Positions 31,772 to 41,505 of a DNA stretch of 64,000 nt are shown here, piece by piece. How positions within the stretch are numbered: the stretch's first letter is position 1; every line of letters starts with the position of its first letter. The position numbers and the translations under genes were made by a program. The notes below the pieces were generated by a model. It was given only the letters and a program-made list of their open reading frames with translations. It did no database searches and was not told the DNA's origin. Origin of the DNA: Bacillota bacterium (GTDB lineage: Bacteria; Bacillota; Clostridia; Lachnospirales; Lachnospiraceae); the NCBI GenBank assembly GCA_023414875.1, contig JAEZMV010000017.1, forward strand, positions 207,267 through 271,266, written 5' to 3'.

Positions 31772-33097
31772 ATGTATCGCTTAGTTTCAAAATTAGTAAT
31801 CTATAAAAACCTCGGAGAGAACTGCCTATTGTTCCAATTAGCTCAGGTAATAAAGGAATACGACAGTCGTACAGAGAATGAGGAAGATATCTTGTTTGTA
31901 AAGGAGAATATTATCTCAAGAATTTACTCCTTGGTAAATCAATTATTAGAATTAGCTACCGATTATGGTTTTAATAGAAACCTTTGGCATAATTACCTTG
32001 CTTTCCTTCTGGCAACTGCAGAGAATCCGTTTAGTATGACCTGTGAAAAAGTTGGTGCCAAAGAAGGAACGGTAAATGAATTCGCTTATAACGATTTTAG
32101 AATATTTAAAGCATTGTTTAAATATGATTTCGGACCTTTGGAAACAGAGCTTGGGATTCAATGTTTTTCTGTCATATCTAATTACACTGCAATCGAGAAA
32201 AACAGTAACAGGTATAATAAAAGCGTCAGTGACAAGGTTAGACTTTTAAGTGAAAGGATAGCTGCGGCAAAAGACGAATATGAGATATTCACTTATGTTA
32301 CAGATTTTTACCGGGATTATGGGGTAGGAGCCTTTGGTCTTAATAAGGCATTTCGTATTAAAAAGGAACATGGTCTGCTTAACATCGTTCCGATTACGAA
32401 TACACAGGAAGTATTACTCACAGACCTGGTTGGCTATGAAATCCAGAAGAAGAAACTGATTGAAAATACCAAGGCCTTTGTTGAGGGGAAAAAATCAAAT
32501 AATGCATTATTATTTGGTGACAGCGGAACCGGTAAATCTACATCAGTGAAGGCGATACTGAATGAATATTATAAGGATGGTCTTCGAATGATTGAGATCT
32601 ATAAGCATCAGTTTGAAGATTTGTCAGCAGTCATCGCAAAAATTAAAAACAGAAATTATAAATTTATTATATATATGGATGATTTATCCTTTGAAGAGTT
32701 TGAGATTGAATATAAATACTTAAAAGCAGTGATTGAAGGTGGTTTAGAAAATAAGCCGGATAATGTACTGATTTATGCAACCTCAAATCGGAGGCATCTA
32801 ATTAGGGAGACCTGGAGTGATCGTTCCGATATGGAAAAAACCGAAGAGCTTCATAGATCGGATACAATGCAGGAGAAGCTATCTCTGGTAGCCCGTTTTG
32901 GTATTACGATTAATTTCTCTGCACCGGCGCCAAAGGAGTTTATGAATATTGTTAAGATATTGGCGGATCGGCAGGGTATTACCTTAACAGAAGAAGAATT
33001 ATTTGCTAAGGCCAATATGTGGGAATTATCCCATGGAGGTATGTCGGGTCGTACAGCACAGCAATTCGTAAATTATCTTTCTGGTCAGACGGATTAA
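31772..33097 (+). CDS. DUF815-family AAA+ ATPase
   Basis: [51 protein letters not shown]. Confidence 0.88.
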   Translation: MYRLVSKLVIYKNLGENCLLFQLAQVIKEYDSRTENEEDILFVKENIISRIYSLVNQLLELATDYGFNRNLWHNYLAFLLATAENPFSMTCEKVGAKEGTVNEFAYNDFRIFKALFKYDFGPLETELGIQCFSVISNYTAIEKNSNRYNKSVSDKVRLLSERIAAAKDEYEIFTYVTDFYRDYGVGAFGLNKAFRIKKEHGLLNIVPITNTQEVLLTDLVGYEIQKKKLIENTKAFVEGKKSNNALLFGDSGTGKSTSVKAILNEYYKDGLRMIEIYKHQFEDLSAVIAKIKNRNYKFIIYMDDLSFEEFEIEYKYLKAVIEGGLENKPDNVLIYATSNRRHLIRETWSDRSDMEKTEELHRSDTMQEKLSLVARFGITINFSAPAPKEFMNIVKILADRQGITLTEEELFAKANMWELSHGGMSGRTAQQFVNYLSGQTD

Positions 33098-33194
33098 GGA
33101 GCAAGACTTCTGCCTTTACAGAATATATAAGCATGCTTATAATAGTAGCATTAATATTGTTTATGCAGCATAGGGCTGCGGATTGGGGGATAAG

Positions 33195-33587
33195 ATGGAT
33201 AAATACCGGATATTGATAAAAGGAGTTATTCAGCATGAAGATAAGTACCTGGTTGTTCATAAATGGTATGATGATCGTGTGTCCGAACCGTTCCAGTGGG
33301 AATTTATTGACGGAGCAATTGAATTTGGTGAAGAGCCGGATAAAGCAGTACTTCGAAGTATATATGAGCAGACAGGATTATCCGCTACGATAGACCGCAT
33401 TCTTTATACCTGGACTTTTATGACAGGAGAGGTATTTAACATCGGAATTAGTTATCATTGCAGAGTGGCCTTTAATGATGTCATCCTGTCAGAGGATTTG
33501 GTGGACAGTCGTTGGATCAGTAGGGAAGAGATGGAAGGTTATCTTGACAGTAAAGTTCTTGAGGATATTGAGAAAGCAGAATTATAG
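33195..33587 (+). CDS. Nudix-fold protein with a degenerate Nudix box
   Basis: WEF.DGAIEFGEEPDKAVLRSIYEQTGL. Confidence 0.8.
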   Translation: MDKYRILIKGVIQHEDKYLVVHKWYDDRVSEPFQWEFIDGAIEFGEEPDKAVLRSIYEQTGLSATIDRILYTWTFMTGEVFNIGISYHCRVAFNDVILSEDLVDSRWISREEMEGYLDSKVLEDIEKAEL

Positions 33588-33609
33588 TCTATGAAAAGGA
33601 GCTAAATGA

Positions 33610-34923
33610 ATGCTGACTTTAATCAAAAATGGATATGTAATTGATCCGGCATCCGATAGGGAAGGTTATTTTGATATTCTCATAGATGAAGAGAACATTT
33701 GTCGTGTGGATGAATGTATTCAGGTCGATGAGCTTCCATTGGAGGCCAATAAACGATCCGATCAGTTAAGAGTAATTGATGCCAAGGGAAAGTATGTAAT
33801 GCCCGGCTTTATTGACTTGCATGTACACCTAAGAGAACCAGGATACGAATATAAGGAGACCATTGCAACAGGTACAAGGGCTGCCGCAGCGGGAGGTTTC
33901 ACGACGATATGTCCGATGCCCAATACGAAACCGGCAACCGATAGCGCCGATATGGTACATTGGATTTTAGATAAGGCTAAAAATGATGCAGTTGTAAATA
34001 TCCTACCGGTAGGTGCTATTACCTTAGCTCAGGAAGGAAAAGAACTGGTAGCAGTCAATGAATTGAAAGAAGCCGGGGTGGTTGCACTCAGTGAAGACGG
34101 AAAATCCGTTATGGATACCTCTTTATATGCAAAAGCGATGAGAGAAGCTGCAAATAATAATTTAATAATATTTGCTCATTGTGAAGACAAGCACCTGGTA
34201 GGCCAGGGAGTATTAAACGCCGGCAAAAAGGCAGAGGAGTTGAAGCTGCCAGGTATCAGCAATGCGGTTGAAGATGTCATTACAGCCAGGGATATCATAC
34301 TTGCTAAAGAAACCGGTGTACAGCTTCATTTATGCCACTGCTCGACAAAGGACAGTGTTACAATGATTGATCTTGCAAAAAGAGAGGGCTTAAAGGTTAC
34401 CGGAGAAGTATGCCCGCATCATTTTACGCTTACGGATGAAGATATCTTGACTGAGGATACAAATTACAAGATGAATCCGCCTCTTCGGAGTACAGAGGAT
34501 GTAATCGCCCTGAAAGAGGCACTTAGGAATAATATTATCGATGTCATTTCAACGGATCATGCACCACATTCGAGGGAGGAAAAAGCAAAATCCTTTTTAG
34601 AAGCACCCTTTGGAATAGTAGGCTCGGAAACTGCGTTTGCACTTACGATGACAGAGCTTGTAAAGACTGGCGTTCTGACACCTAGACAGATGGTAGAGAA
34701 AATGAGCGCAAATCCCGCAAAGATACTTGGAAGTGACCGTGGTTGTATCGGACAGGGACGAATCGCTGATTTGGTAATTGCTGATCCTGAGGCGGAATAT
34801 ACCATTAATCCTGAACGTTTTTATTCGAAAGGTAAGAATACTCCATTTCATGGAAGAAGAGTAACAGGTCGGGTGGAATACACATTTGTATCAGGAAAAC
34901 TGGTATATGAATATAAAAAATAA
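33610..34923 (+). CDS. pyrC: Dihydroorotase
   Basis: DLHVHLREPG, MPNT.P, HCED, KMNPPLR, TDHAPH. Confidence 0.95.
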   Translation: MLTLIKNGYVIDPASDREGYFDILIDEENICRVDECIQVDELPLEANKRSDQLRVIDAKGKYVMPGFIDLHVHLREPGYEYKETIATGTRAAAAGGFTTICPMPNTKPATDSADMVHWILDKAKNDAVVNILPVGAITLAQEGKELVAVNELKEAGVVALSEDGKSVMDTSLYAKAMREAANNNLIIFAHCEDKHLVGQGVLNAGKKAEELKLPGISNAVEDVITARDIILAKETGVQLHLCHCSTKDSVTMIDLAKREGLKVTGEVCPHHFTLTDEDILTEDTNYKMNPPLRSTEDVIALKEALRNNIIDVISTDHAPHSREEKAKSFLEAPFGIVGSETAFALTMTELVKTGVLTPRQMVEKMSANPAKILGSDRGCIGQGRIADLVIADPEAEYTINPERFYSKGKNTPFHGRRVTGRVEYTFVSGKLVYEYKK

Positions 34924-34968
34924 TTGTTGATAATTGCGATACTATTAAGTTCGTTGAACTTTATGTAC

Positions 34969-35035
34969 AGTATATACAAATTCCTCCGCTCCAACGCTAC
35001 ATCCGCTTAACTTACGCTCCGGAATTGTATATACT
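34969..35035. repeat. Intergenic palindrome with a CGCT-repeat loop between pyrC and pyrF
   Basis: agtatatacaaattcc / ggaattgtatatact arms; the loop has four CGCT motifs. Confidence 0.65.
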
Positions 35036-35062
35036 TATAGAACAGGAGGCATATAAAATATT

Positions 35063-35995
35063 ATGATTAATAAGCTTGTTGAAAAAATTGAGCAATTGAG
35101 TGCACCGATTGTTGTTGGACTAGATCCAATGCTGGAGTTTATACCTCAGCAGATTATGAGTAAGGCATTTAGCGATAAGGGAGAGAATATGGAAGGTATT
35201 GCTGAGGCTATTTGGCAATACAACAAAGGCATTATTGATGCTACCTATGATATCATTCCTGCGGTAAAGCCGCAGATTGCTATGTATGAGCAATTTGGTA
35301 TTGAAGGGCTCATCGTTTACAAAAAAACAGTTGAATACTGTAAATCGAAGGGCTTAGTGGTAATCGGTGACATCAAGAGAGGCGATATCGGTTCTACATC
35401 AGCCGCTTATGCGACCGGTCATTTAGGTAAGGTGACGGTTGGTGGTAAAGAATATCGTGGATTTAATGGGGATTTCATAACAGTTAATCCTTACTTAGGA
35501 TCGGATGGTGTGAACCCATTCATTGATGTCTGCAAACAGGAGAACAAGGGCCTATTTATCCTTGTTAAGACATCCAATCCATCCAGTGGAGAATTCCAGG
35601 ATCAATTAATCGAGGGCAAACCCTTATATGAATTAGTAGGAATGAAAGTAGCTGAATGGGGCGAGCAGCATATGGGAAGCTCCTATAGTTATATCGGAGC
35701 TGTCGTTGGTGCAACCTATCCGGAGATGGGTAAGATCTTAAGAGCCTTGATGCCAAAAACTTATATCCTTGTACCGGGGTATGGTGCTCAAGGTGGGAAA
35801 GCGGAAGATTTGGTGCATTATTTTAATAAAGATGGATTGGGTGCTATAGTAAACTCCTCCAGAGGAATTATAGCAGCGTATAAGCAAAAGGGGTATGAAA
35901 AATTTGGGCCGGAGGCTTATGCAGATGCGTCCAGACAGGCAGTAATTGACATGCGTGAGGATTTAAAGCAGGCATGGGTTGCTGCAAACAAATAA
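35063..35995 (+). CDS. pyrF: Orotidine-5'-phosphate decarboxylase
   Basis: VGLDP, DIKRGDIGST, KTSNP, VVGAT, PGYGAQGG, NSSR. Confidence 0.95.
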   Translation: MINKLVEKIEQLSAPIVVGLDPMLEFIPQQIMSKAFSDKGENMEGIAEAIWQYNKGIIDATYDIIPAVKPQIAMYEQFGIEGLIVYKKTVEYCKSKGLVVIGDIKRGDIGSTSAAYATGHLGKVTVGGKEYRGFNGDFITVNPYLGSDGVNPFIDVCKQENKGLFILVKTSNPSSGEFQDQLIEGKPLYELVGMKVAEWGEQHMGSSYSYIGAVVGATYPEMGKILRALMPKTYILVPGYGAQGGKAEDLVHYFNKDGLGAIVNSSRGIIAAYKQKGYEKFGPEAYADASRQAVIDMREDLKQAWVAANK

Positions 35996-36011
35996 TTAGA
36001 TAGAGTAAATT

Positions 36012-36039
36012 AAAATCGGAGCTAACACTCCGATTTTTT
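36012..36039 (+). terminator. Intrinsic terminator after pyrF
   Basis: aaaatcggag / ctccgatttt plus a T-run. Confidence 0.8.
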
Positions 36040-36139
36040 ATTCAATAGGAAATTGCGTCCTATTGAATAAAAAAGCATCTCCGCAAAGCGAACCGTAGTT
36101 CGCTTTTGGATGCGCACTCGGCGCGAAAAGTCTGCTTTG
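36034..36139 (+). repeat. Terminator-associated dispersed repeat (family A, copy 2)
   Basis: Perfect hairpin ttttttattcaatagg / cctattgaataaaaaa, then blocks shared with 20975-21107. Confidence 0.8.
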
Positions 36140-36336
36140 CTCTGCGATTCCTTATAAAAGCTTAATTTAGTATACCGGTTTTATTTACTATTTATAATAA
36201 AATGGTGGAGTAATCTAAAGATTTATTATATAATTATTATAATGTACTAAGTTGAAATGATAAAAGGGAATATTTTTAGGGACATTTATGGAGCAAACTC
36301 ACTATAATGATCAGATTACCAATTGGAGGAGTTGGA

Positions 36337-36981
36337 ATGAATAAAGATTCAGTCGATAAAGATAAGCAGACGAAGAAAAGTAAAATAAATATTAAAGAAA
36401 TCAGAAGCTGGATATTGATTACCCTGTTGGCCTTTCTTGTTGTATTTATATTTGGTAGTAAGGTATATGCTAAGGTGCCAATAGATCAAAGCTCCATGGA
36501 AAAAACCCTTTTTAGTAAAAACCAGGTGATTGAAGATATCATTAGTTACAATTTTAACGATCCAGAAAGAGGAGATATTATTATATTTTATCCAAATGAG
36601 GAAAAAGGAAGCATCCTCAAGGATTTCAACAGATTATTCGATAACGTAATCTCAGCCTTTGATAAGAATACAGCAAGAATAGAAAAGCATCAGCGTTATG
36701 TTAAAAGAGTCATAGGAATCGAAGGGGATATTATCGATATAAGGGATGGCTATGTATTTTTGAACGATGAAAAATTGGAGGAACCCTATGTGAAGGGCTT
36801 AACGGCACCAAATGGATGCAACCTCCCAGTAACCGTTGGTAAAGATGAGTTGTTTGTTATGGGCGACAATCGAAAAGTAAGTATTGACAGCAGAGAACTG
36901 GGCGTAATTCATAAGAAGCAGGTAGAAGGAAAAGTGATATTCAGAGTATACCCATTGAATAAGATGGGAAAAGTAAAGTAA
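36337..36981 (+). CDS. lepB: Signal peptidase I
   Basis: TM anchor, SSM..TL (Ser), RGDII, VKRVIG (Lys), GDNR..S.DSR; RBS ggagg. Confidence 0.92.
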   Translation: MNKDSVDKDKQTKKSKINIKEIRSWILITLLAFLVVFIFGSKVYAKVPIDQSSMEKTLFSKNQVIEDIISYNFNDPERGDIIIFYPNEEKGSILKDFNRLFDNVISAFDKNTARIEKHQRYVKRVIGIEGDIIDIRDGYVFLNDEKLEEPYVKGLTAPNGCNLPVTVGKDELFVMGDNRKVSIDSRELGVIHKKQVEGKVIFRVYPLNKMGKVK

Positions 36982-37034
36982 TACCAAATCAGAATCATTA
37001 ATGGAATTTAAAATTACAGAAGCATAACGAAATA

Positions 37035-37085
37035 GGTGTTGTAGTAAATAACTCAATTAGTATTTACTACAACACCCTTATTTTT
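37035..37085. terminator. Bidirectional terminator between lepB and the cyclophilin gene
   Basis: Perfect 16-bp IR ggtgttgtagtaaata / tatttactacaacacc. Confidence 0.8.
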
Positions 37086-37138
37086 GTATCGGAATAACAT
37101 GTCTCTATTTAATCAGTGCATTTTTTAATCAAATTAAT

Positions 37139-37669
37139 CTAGAACTTCTCCGGTTCACTGTATTCAACACCAAAGGTATCTACGGTTAACTTCTTCATAA
37201 TCTGTGGCTCCTGGGGGGCATCATTATAATCAGTTTTGATATCAGCTATTTTGTTAACTGCATCCATTCCTTCAATTACTTTTCCGAAGGCAGCATAGGA
37301 ACCATCCAAGTGAGGGGAGTCCTTATGCATGATAAAGAACTGAGAGCCTGCGGAGTCAGGACGTTGTGATCTGGCCATGGAAAGAACTCCGGCGGTATGT
37401 TTTAAATTATTGGGGAAGTTATTATAAGAAAATTCACCTTTGATAGTATATCCCGGACCACCCATACCGGTTCCTTCCGGATCGCCGCCTTGAATCATGA
37501 AACCACGGATGACTCTGTGGAATTTTAAACCGTCATAGAAGCCCTTGTTTACCAAAGAGATAAAATTATTAACAGTATTAGGAGCGATTTCGGGATATAG
37601 TTCTATCTTTATGATATCCCCATTTTGTAATTCCATTGTAACGATTGGATTTTTGTTTACCATTTTCAT
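37139..37669 (-). CDS. ppiB: Cyclophilin-type peptidyl-prolyl isomerase
   Basis: FHRVIRGFMIQGGDP, LSMAR, SAGSQFFI, HLDG.Y..FG. Confidence 0.93.
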   Translation of the reverse strand: MKMVNKNPIVTMELQNGDIIKIELYPEIAPNTVNNFISLVNKGFYDGLKFHRVIRGFMIQGGDPEGTGMGGPGYTIKGEFSYNNFPNNLKHTAGVLSMARSQRPDSAGSQFFIMHKDSPHLDGSYAAFGKVIEGMDAVNKIADIKTDYNDAPQEPQIMKKLTVDTFGVEYSEPEKF

Positions 37670-37794
37670 TCATTTCCTCTCAAATTAAAAATTTACGAGC
37701 AGTAGTTAGATTCTACAGAAGGTGTCTTTATTCTCTCATTAGCCTTGCTGGTAAAATATATCATAGTAGGACACCTGTGTCAAGGTAGGTCATA

Positions 37795-39090
37795 TCAAAT
37801 CAATCTCTTTTTATCTGTGATTATTATATCATTTATGATGAATTTACTTTTTGGTAGAGTTGGCATTCTTCGCATACTAACCGTTAAATCCTGCATAGGG
37901 ACTTGATAATCCAAAAAATTAATTAGAAAATCCAAGCTAACTTTCATTAATTCAATAGTAATCAACTCACCAGGACATCTGGTACCGGTTCTATCATCAC
38001 CACCTCCTTGTGGAATAAAATCAAAGGAATCATCCTCTCTGGCTTTAAACCGTTCTGGTATGAAAGCATTAGGATTTTCCCAGGTGGCTTCATCATGATT
38101 TGTACCATACATATCTAAAAATACTAAGGTGCCCTGTTGAAAGGTATGACCCTTCCATACAAAATCATTTCTTACCCTGGCACCTAAAAAAGGACCAAAG
38201 GGATAGTAGCGTCGTACCTCTTGAGCAAACATGGTTGCATATTCTTCGCCCTCAGTCTGGAGCCTTTTCTTGTATTCAGGATACGTATGAAGAGCAAGAG
38301 CTCCAAAAGTAATATAGGTAGCAACTGCGGTTATCGGGCGTAGGATATTGATTAATTCAATGGCAGCCATTCTTGGTGTCAGTAATTTTTTGCTAAGATC
38401 TTTATGCCATGCAACTAGGAATAGCGAGGAATCAGCAGGAGCTATAATTTTACCGCTTCGCACATCCTTAATGATAGTTTCGGCCCAGCGTTCAGAGCGG
38501 TTTCTGGCGGCTTTGCCAATCAGATGTCTGGGACCCACAGCGCCAAAAGCATCAATCATAGCACTCATATCTTCTGACTTTTGTTTAATTGTACTTTTTT
38601 TTAATGGTACACCGGCCCACTTGCAGGCGATTTGAAATAATATTTTGGAAGCCTCATTAAAAAGAATCACTTGTTTTCTTCTATCCCAATGTCTTGTACT
38701 CATTTGCCATTGCTTCCTGGCAATTATTTTAATTTTGTCGATATTTTCTGAAGTCATAATTGACATGAACAGAAGCTTTCGATGCATATGAGCAGCGCCA
38801 TCTAAGGTTTGAATTGCTTTTTTGCCGAAAAGAGTTTCTTGAATTCTTTTCGGAATAGCACCTTCACGAGTAAATTTATTTTGATCATAGAAGATTTCTG
38901 CGGCTTTGCTACCGCTCATACATATCACTTTCTGCCCTACAAGTCTGGTTTGAAAAATTTGTGAGTTGTATTTTCTAATTCGGTTTGGGATGAATAAATA
39001 TCCTTCCGTCATCAAATGTATTGTACTGTCGAAGCATTCATCTTTTGGAATTGAGGTATCTGGTTTATTTACAAAAAGGTCTGGCTGCAT
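37795..39090 (-). CDS. Cytochrome P450, CYP152 fatty-acid peroxygenase family
   Basis: TLFG..AIQ.LDG, ELINILRP, QEVRRYYPFGP, FIPQGGG...RCPGE heme motif; RBS aggag favours ATG 39090. Confidence 0.92.
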   Translation of the reverse strand: MQPDLFVNKPDTSIPKDECFDSTIHLMTEGYLFIPNRIRKYNSQIFQTRLVGQKVICMSGSKAAEIFYDQNKFTREGAIPKRIQETLFGKKAIQTLDGAAHMHRKLLFMSIMTSENIDKIKIIARKQWQMSTRHWDRRKQVILFNEASKILFQIACKWAGVPLKKSTIKQKSEDMSAMIDAFGAVGPRHLIGKAARNRSERWAETIIKDVRSGKIIAPADSSLFLVAWHKDLSKKLLTPRMAAIELINILRPITAVATYITFGALALHTYPEYKKRLQTEGEEYATMFAQEVRRYYPFGPFLGARVRNDFVWKGHTFQQGTLVFLDMYGTNHDEATWENPNAFIPERFKAREDDSFDFIPQGGGDDRTGTRCPGELITIELMKVSLDFLINFLDYQVPMQDLTVSMRRMPTLPKSKFIINDIIITDKKRLI

Positions 39091-39303
39091 ATTGATTATC
39101 TCCTGTTCTATCATTTTATGTCTTATTCTATTATTAACCGGGAAAAGAAAAATATGATGTTCTTGAAATTCCTTAACATATTTTATATAATGTATAACAG
39201 CAAATACCAGAAACTCGTAAACCTATATTCTATTCTTAAACAGTTGATTTTATAGTGTGAGAATATGTTGAGTCAAATCACGAATGAAAGGGAGTAATGG
39301 CAG

Positions 39304-39708
39304 ATGAATGAGGTTTATACGTTTGGAGTGAAAACCGGGCAACACTGTGCAATGATTAATATTACCGGAGAAGTGCAGAATAAGGTAAGAGAAAGCGGAG
39401 TTAAAAATGGCATCTGTGTTATATTTGTTCCTCATACGACAGCAGGGATAACAATTAATGAAAATGCTGATCCGGATGTTATCCGCGATTCTTTAATGGA
39501 ATTAGGCAAAGTAGTTCCTTTGACGGATGGCTATCATCATAGGGAGGGAAATTCCGCCGCACATATTAAATCAAGTATGATGGGATTTTCTCAAACGGTG
39601 ATTATTGAAGAGGGAAGATTGCTGTTAGGTACCTGGCAAGGCATTTATTTCATGGAATTTGATGGACCAAGAATCAGAAAGGTTTATGTAAAAATCCTTG
39701 AAGGATAG
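39304..39708 (+). CDS. yjbQ: YjbQ/UPF0047 family protein
   Basis: PHTTA..INENADPDV, H.EGNS.AHIK, LGTWQ, EFDGPR. Confidence 0.9.
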   Translation: MNEVYTFGVKTGQHCAMINITGEVQNKVRESGVKNGICVIFVPHTTAGITINENADPDVIRDSLMELGKVVPLTDGYHHREGNSAAHIKSSMMGFSQTVIIEEGRLLLGTWQGIYFMEFDGPRIRKVYVKILEG

Positions 39709-39769
39709 TAAGTGCAACTGAATAAGAATAGAAGAAATAAACGAAATTAAACCCATAGGAGAAAATCAT

Positions 39770-40537
39770 ATGTCAGTAGCGAGAAAGAAAGATGCTTTGA
39801 TAGCTGAAAATATTAAAATAGCTGAAGATATTTACAGCATGTGGCTTAATGCACCGGATATCGCAGAGAATGCAAAACCGGGCCAATTTGTATCCCTATA
39901 CTGTCTGGATGGCAGCAGATTGCTGCCTAGACCAATCAGCATCTGTGAAATTGATAAACAGCAGGGAAAAATTAGATTGGTATATAGAATTTTAGGAAAA
40001 GGAACTAAGGAGTTTTCACTGCTGAAGGCGAACGAATATGTTCAAGCTATGGGGCCTTTAGGAAACGGTTTTATTTTAGAAGGAAAGAAAGCGCTGTTGA
40101 TTGGCGGTGGAATCGGAATTCCACCAATGCTGGAGCTGGCAAAGCAATTAAACTGTGAAAAGCAGATGGTACTGGGATATCGAGATGTGACTTTTTTAGA
40201 AAAGGAATTTGAAGCCTATGGGCAGGTGTTTATCTCCACGGAAGATGGGAGTAAAGGAACAAAGGGTAATGTAATAAATGCGATTAAGGAGAATTCCTTA
40301 GAGGCAGATATCATCTTCGCTTGTGGACCGACCCCTATGCTAAAAGGAATTAAGGCATATGCTTTGGAAAACGGTATTAAAGCACAGATATCCATGGAGG
40401 AACGAATGGCCTGCGGAGTCGGAGCCTGTCTTGGGTGTGTCTGCAAGACAAAGGAAATCGATCACCATAGCAACGTTAATAATAAAAGAATCTGCAAGGA
40501 TGGACCAGTATTTTATGCGGAAGAGGTGGAGCTATGA
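39770..40537 (+). CDS. pyrK: Dihydroorotate dehydrogenase electron-transfer subunit
   Basis: RPISI, GPLGNGF, GGGIG, CGP.PM, MACGVGACLGC...C.DGPVF. Confidence 0.95.
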   Translation: MSVARKKDALIAENIKIAEDIYSMWLNAPDIAENAKPGQFVSLYCLDGSRLLPRPISICEIDKQQGKIRLVYRILGKGTKEFSLLKANEYVQAMGPLGNGFILEGKKALLIGGGIGIPPMLELAKQLNCEKQMVLGYRDVTFLEKEFEAYGQVFISTEDGSKGTKGNVINAIKENSLEADIIFACGPTPMLKGIKAYALENGIKAQISMEERMACGVGACLGCVCKTKEIDHHSNVNNKRICKDGPVFYAEEVEL

Positions 40538-41436
40538 ATACAAATGTAACAATTGCAGGAGTAACCTTTAAAAACCCTGTAACCACAGCCTCCGGAACCT
40601 TTGGCTCCGGCATGGAATACAGTGAATATCTTGATTTGTCGAAGCTTGGTGCTGTAACCACCAAGGGAGTTTCCAGTATACCCTGGGCCGGTAATCCTAC
40701 CCCGAGAGTGGCAGAGACCTATGGAGGAATGCTGAATGCAATTGGCCTACAAAATCCGGGGGTAGATGTATTTATAAAACGAGATATCCCTTTTCTACGT
40801 AAACAGGACACTAAGATTATTGTGAATGTTGTCGGCAAGACTACCCAGGAGTATTGTGATGTGGTGGAGCGGCTGTCCGAATGTGATGTAGATCTATTGG
40901 AAATTAATATTTCCTGTCCTAATGTTAAGGAAGGAGGTATTGCCTTTGGACAAGATAAAAAATGCATAGAAGCTATTACGTCAGAGCTAAAAAAGCGAGC
41001 AAAGCAGCCTATTATCATGAAGCTTAGTCCAAATGTAACGGATATCACAGAGATGGCTAAGGCAGCTCAGGCCGGTGGAGCCGATGCACTGTCCTTAATA
41101 AATACCTTAACCGGAACGAAAATAGATATTCATCGGAGAGCCTTTTTACTAGCGAATAAAACCGGAGGATTGTCCGGACCCGCAATAAAACCGATCGCAG
41201 TCCGCATGGTATACCAGGTGGCAAATGCGGTAAGTCTCCCAATCATAGGTATGGGTGGAATTACGAATGCTGAGGATGCATTGGAATTCATCATGGCCGG
41301 TGCAACCATGGTAGCAGTTGGCACAGCGAACTTTATTAATCCGTCCGCCGCATCAGAGGTTGTAGATGGAATTGAGACTTATATGAAGCAATATCACATT
41401 TCGGACATCAAGGAACTAATTGGTTGCGTATCATAG
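40534..41436 (+). CDS. pyrD: Dihydroorotate dehydrogenase family 1B catalytic subunit
   Basis: ASGT, NAIGLQNPG, NISCPN, KLSPN, INT, GGLSG; ATGA overlap with pyrK. Confidence 0.95.
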   Translation: MNTNVTIAGVTFKNPVTTASGTFGSGMEYSEYLDLSKLGAVTTKGVSSIPWAGNPTPRVAETYGGMLNAIGLQNPGVDVFIKRDIPFLRKQDTKIIVNVVGKTTQEYCDVVERLSECDVDLLEINISCPNVKEGGIAFGQDKKCIEAITSELKKRAKQPIIMKLSPNVTDITEMAKAAQAGGADALSLINTLTGTKIDIHRRAFLLANKTGGLSGPAIKPIAVRMVYQVANAVSLPIIGMGGITNAEDALEFIMAGATMVAVGTANFINPSAASEVVDGIETYMKQYHISDIKELIGCVS

Positions 41437-41505
41437 ATAAAATTTTTATGAAAGACTATTATTTTTTATAAATTGTGTTACAATGAAACAAGCAGGAGGA
41501 AGGAT

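Noticed and set aside
30402..33097. Tandem ATPases as an anti-phage defence system
   Set aside because: They sit in a housekeeping run, the nuclease motif is degenerate, and there is no mobile or defence context.
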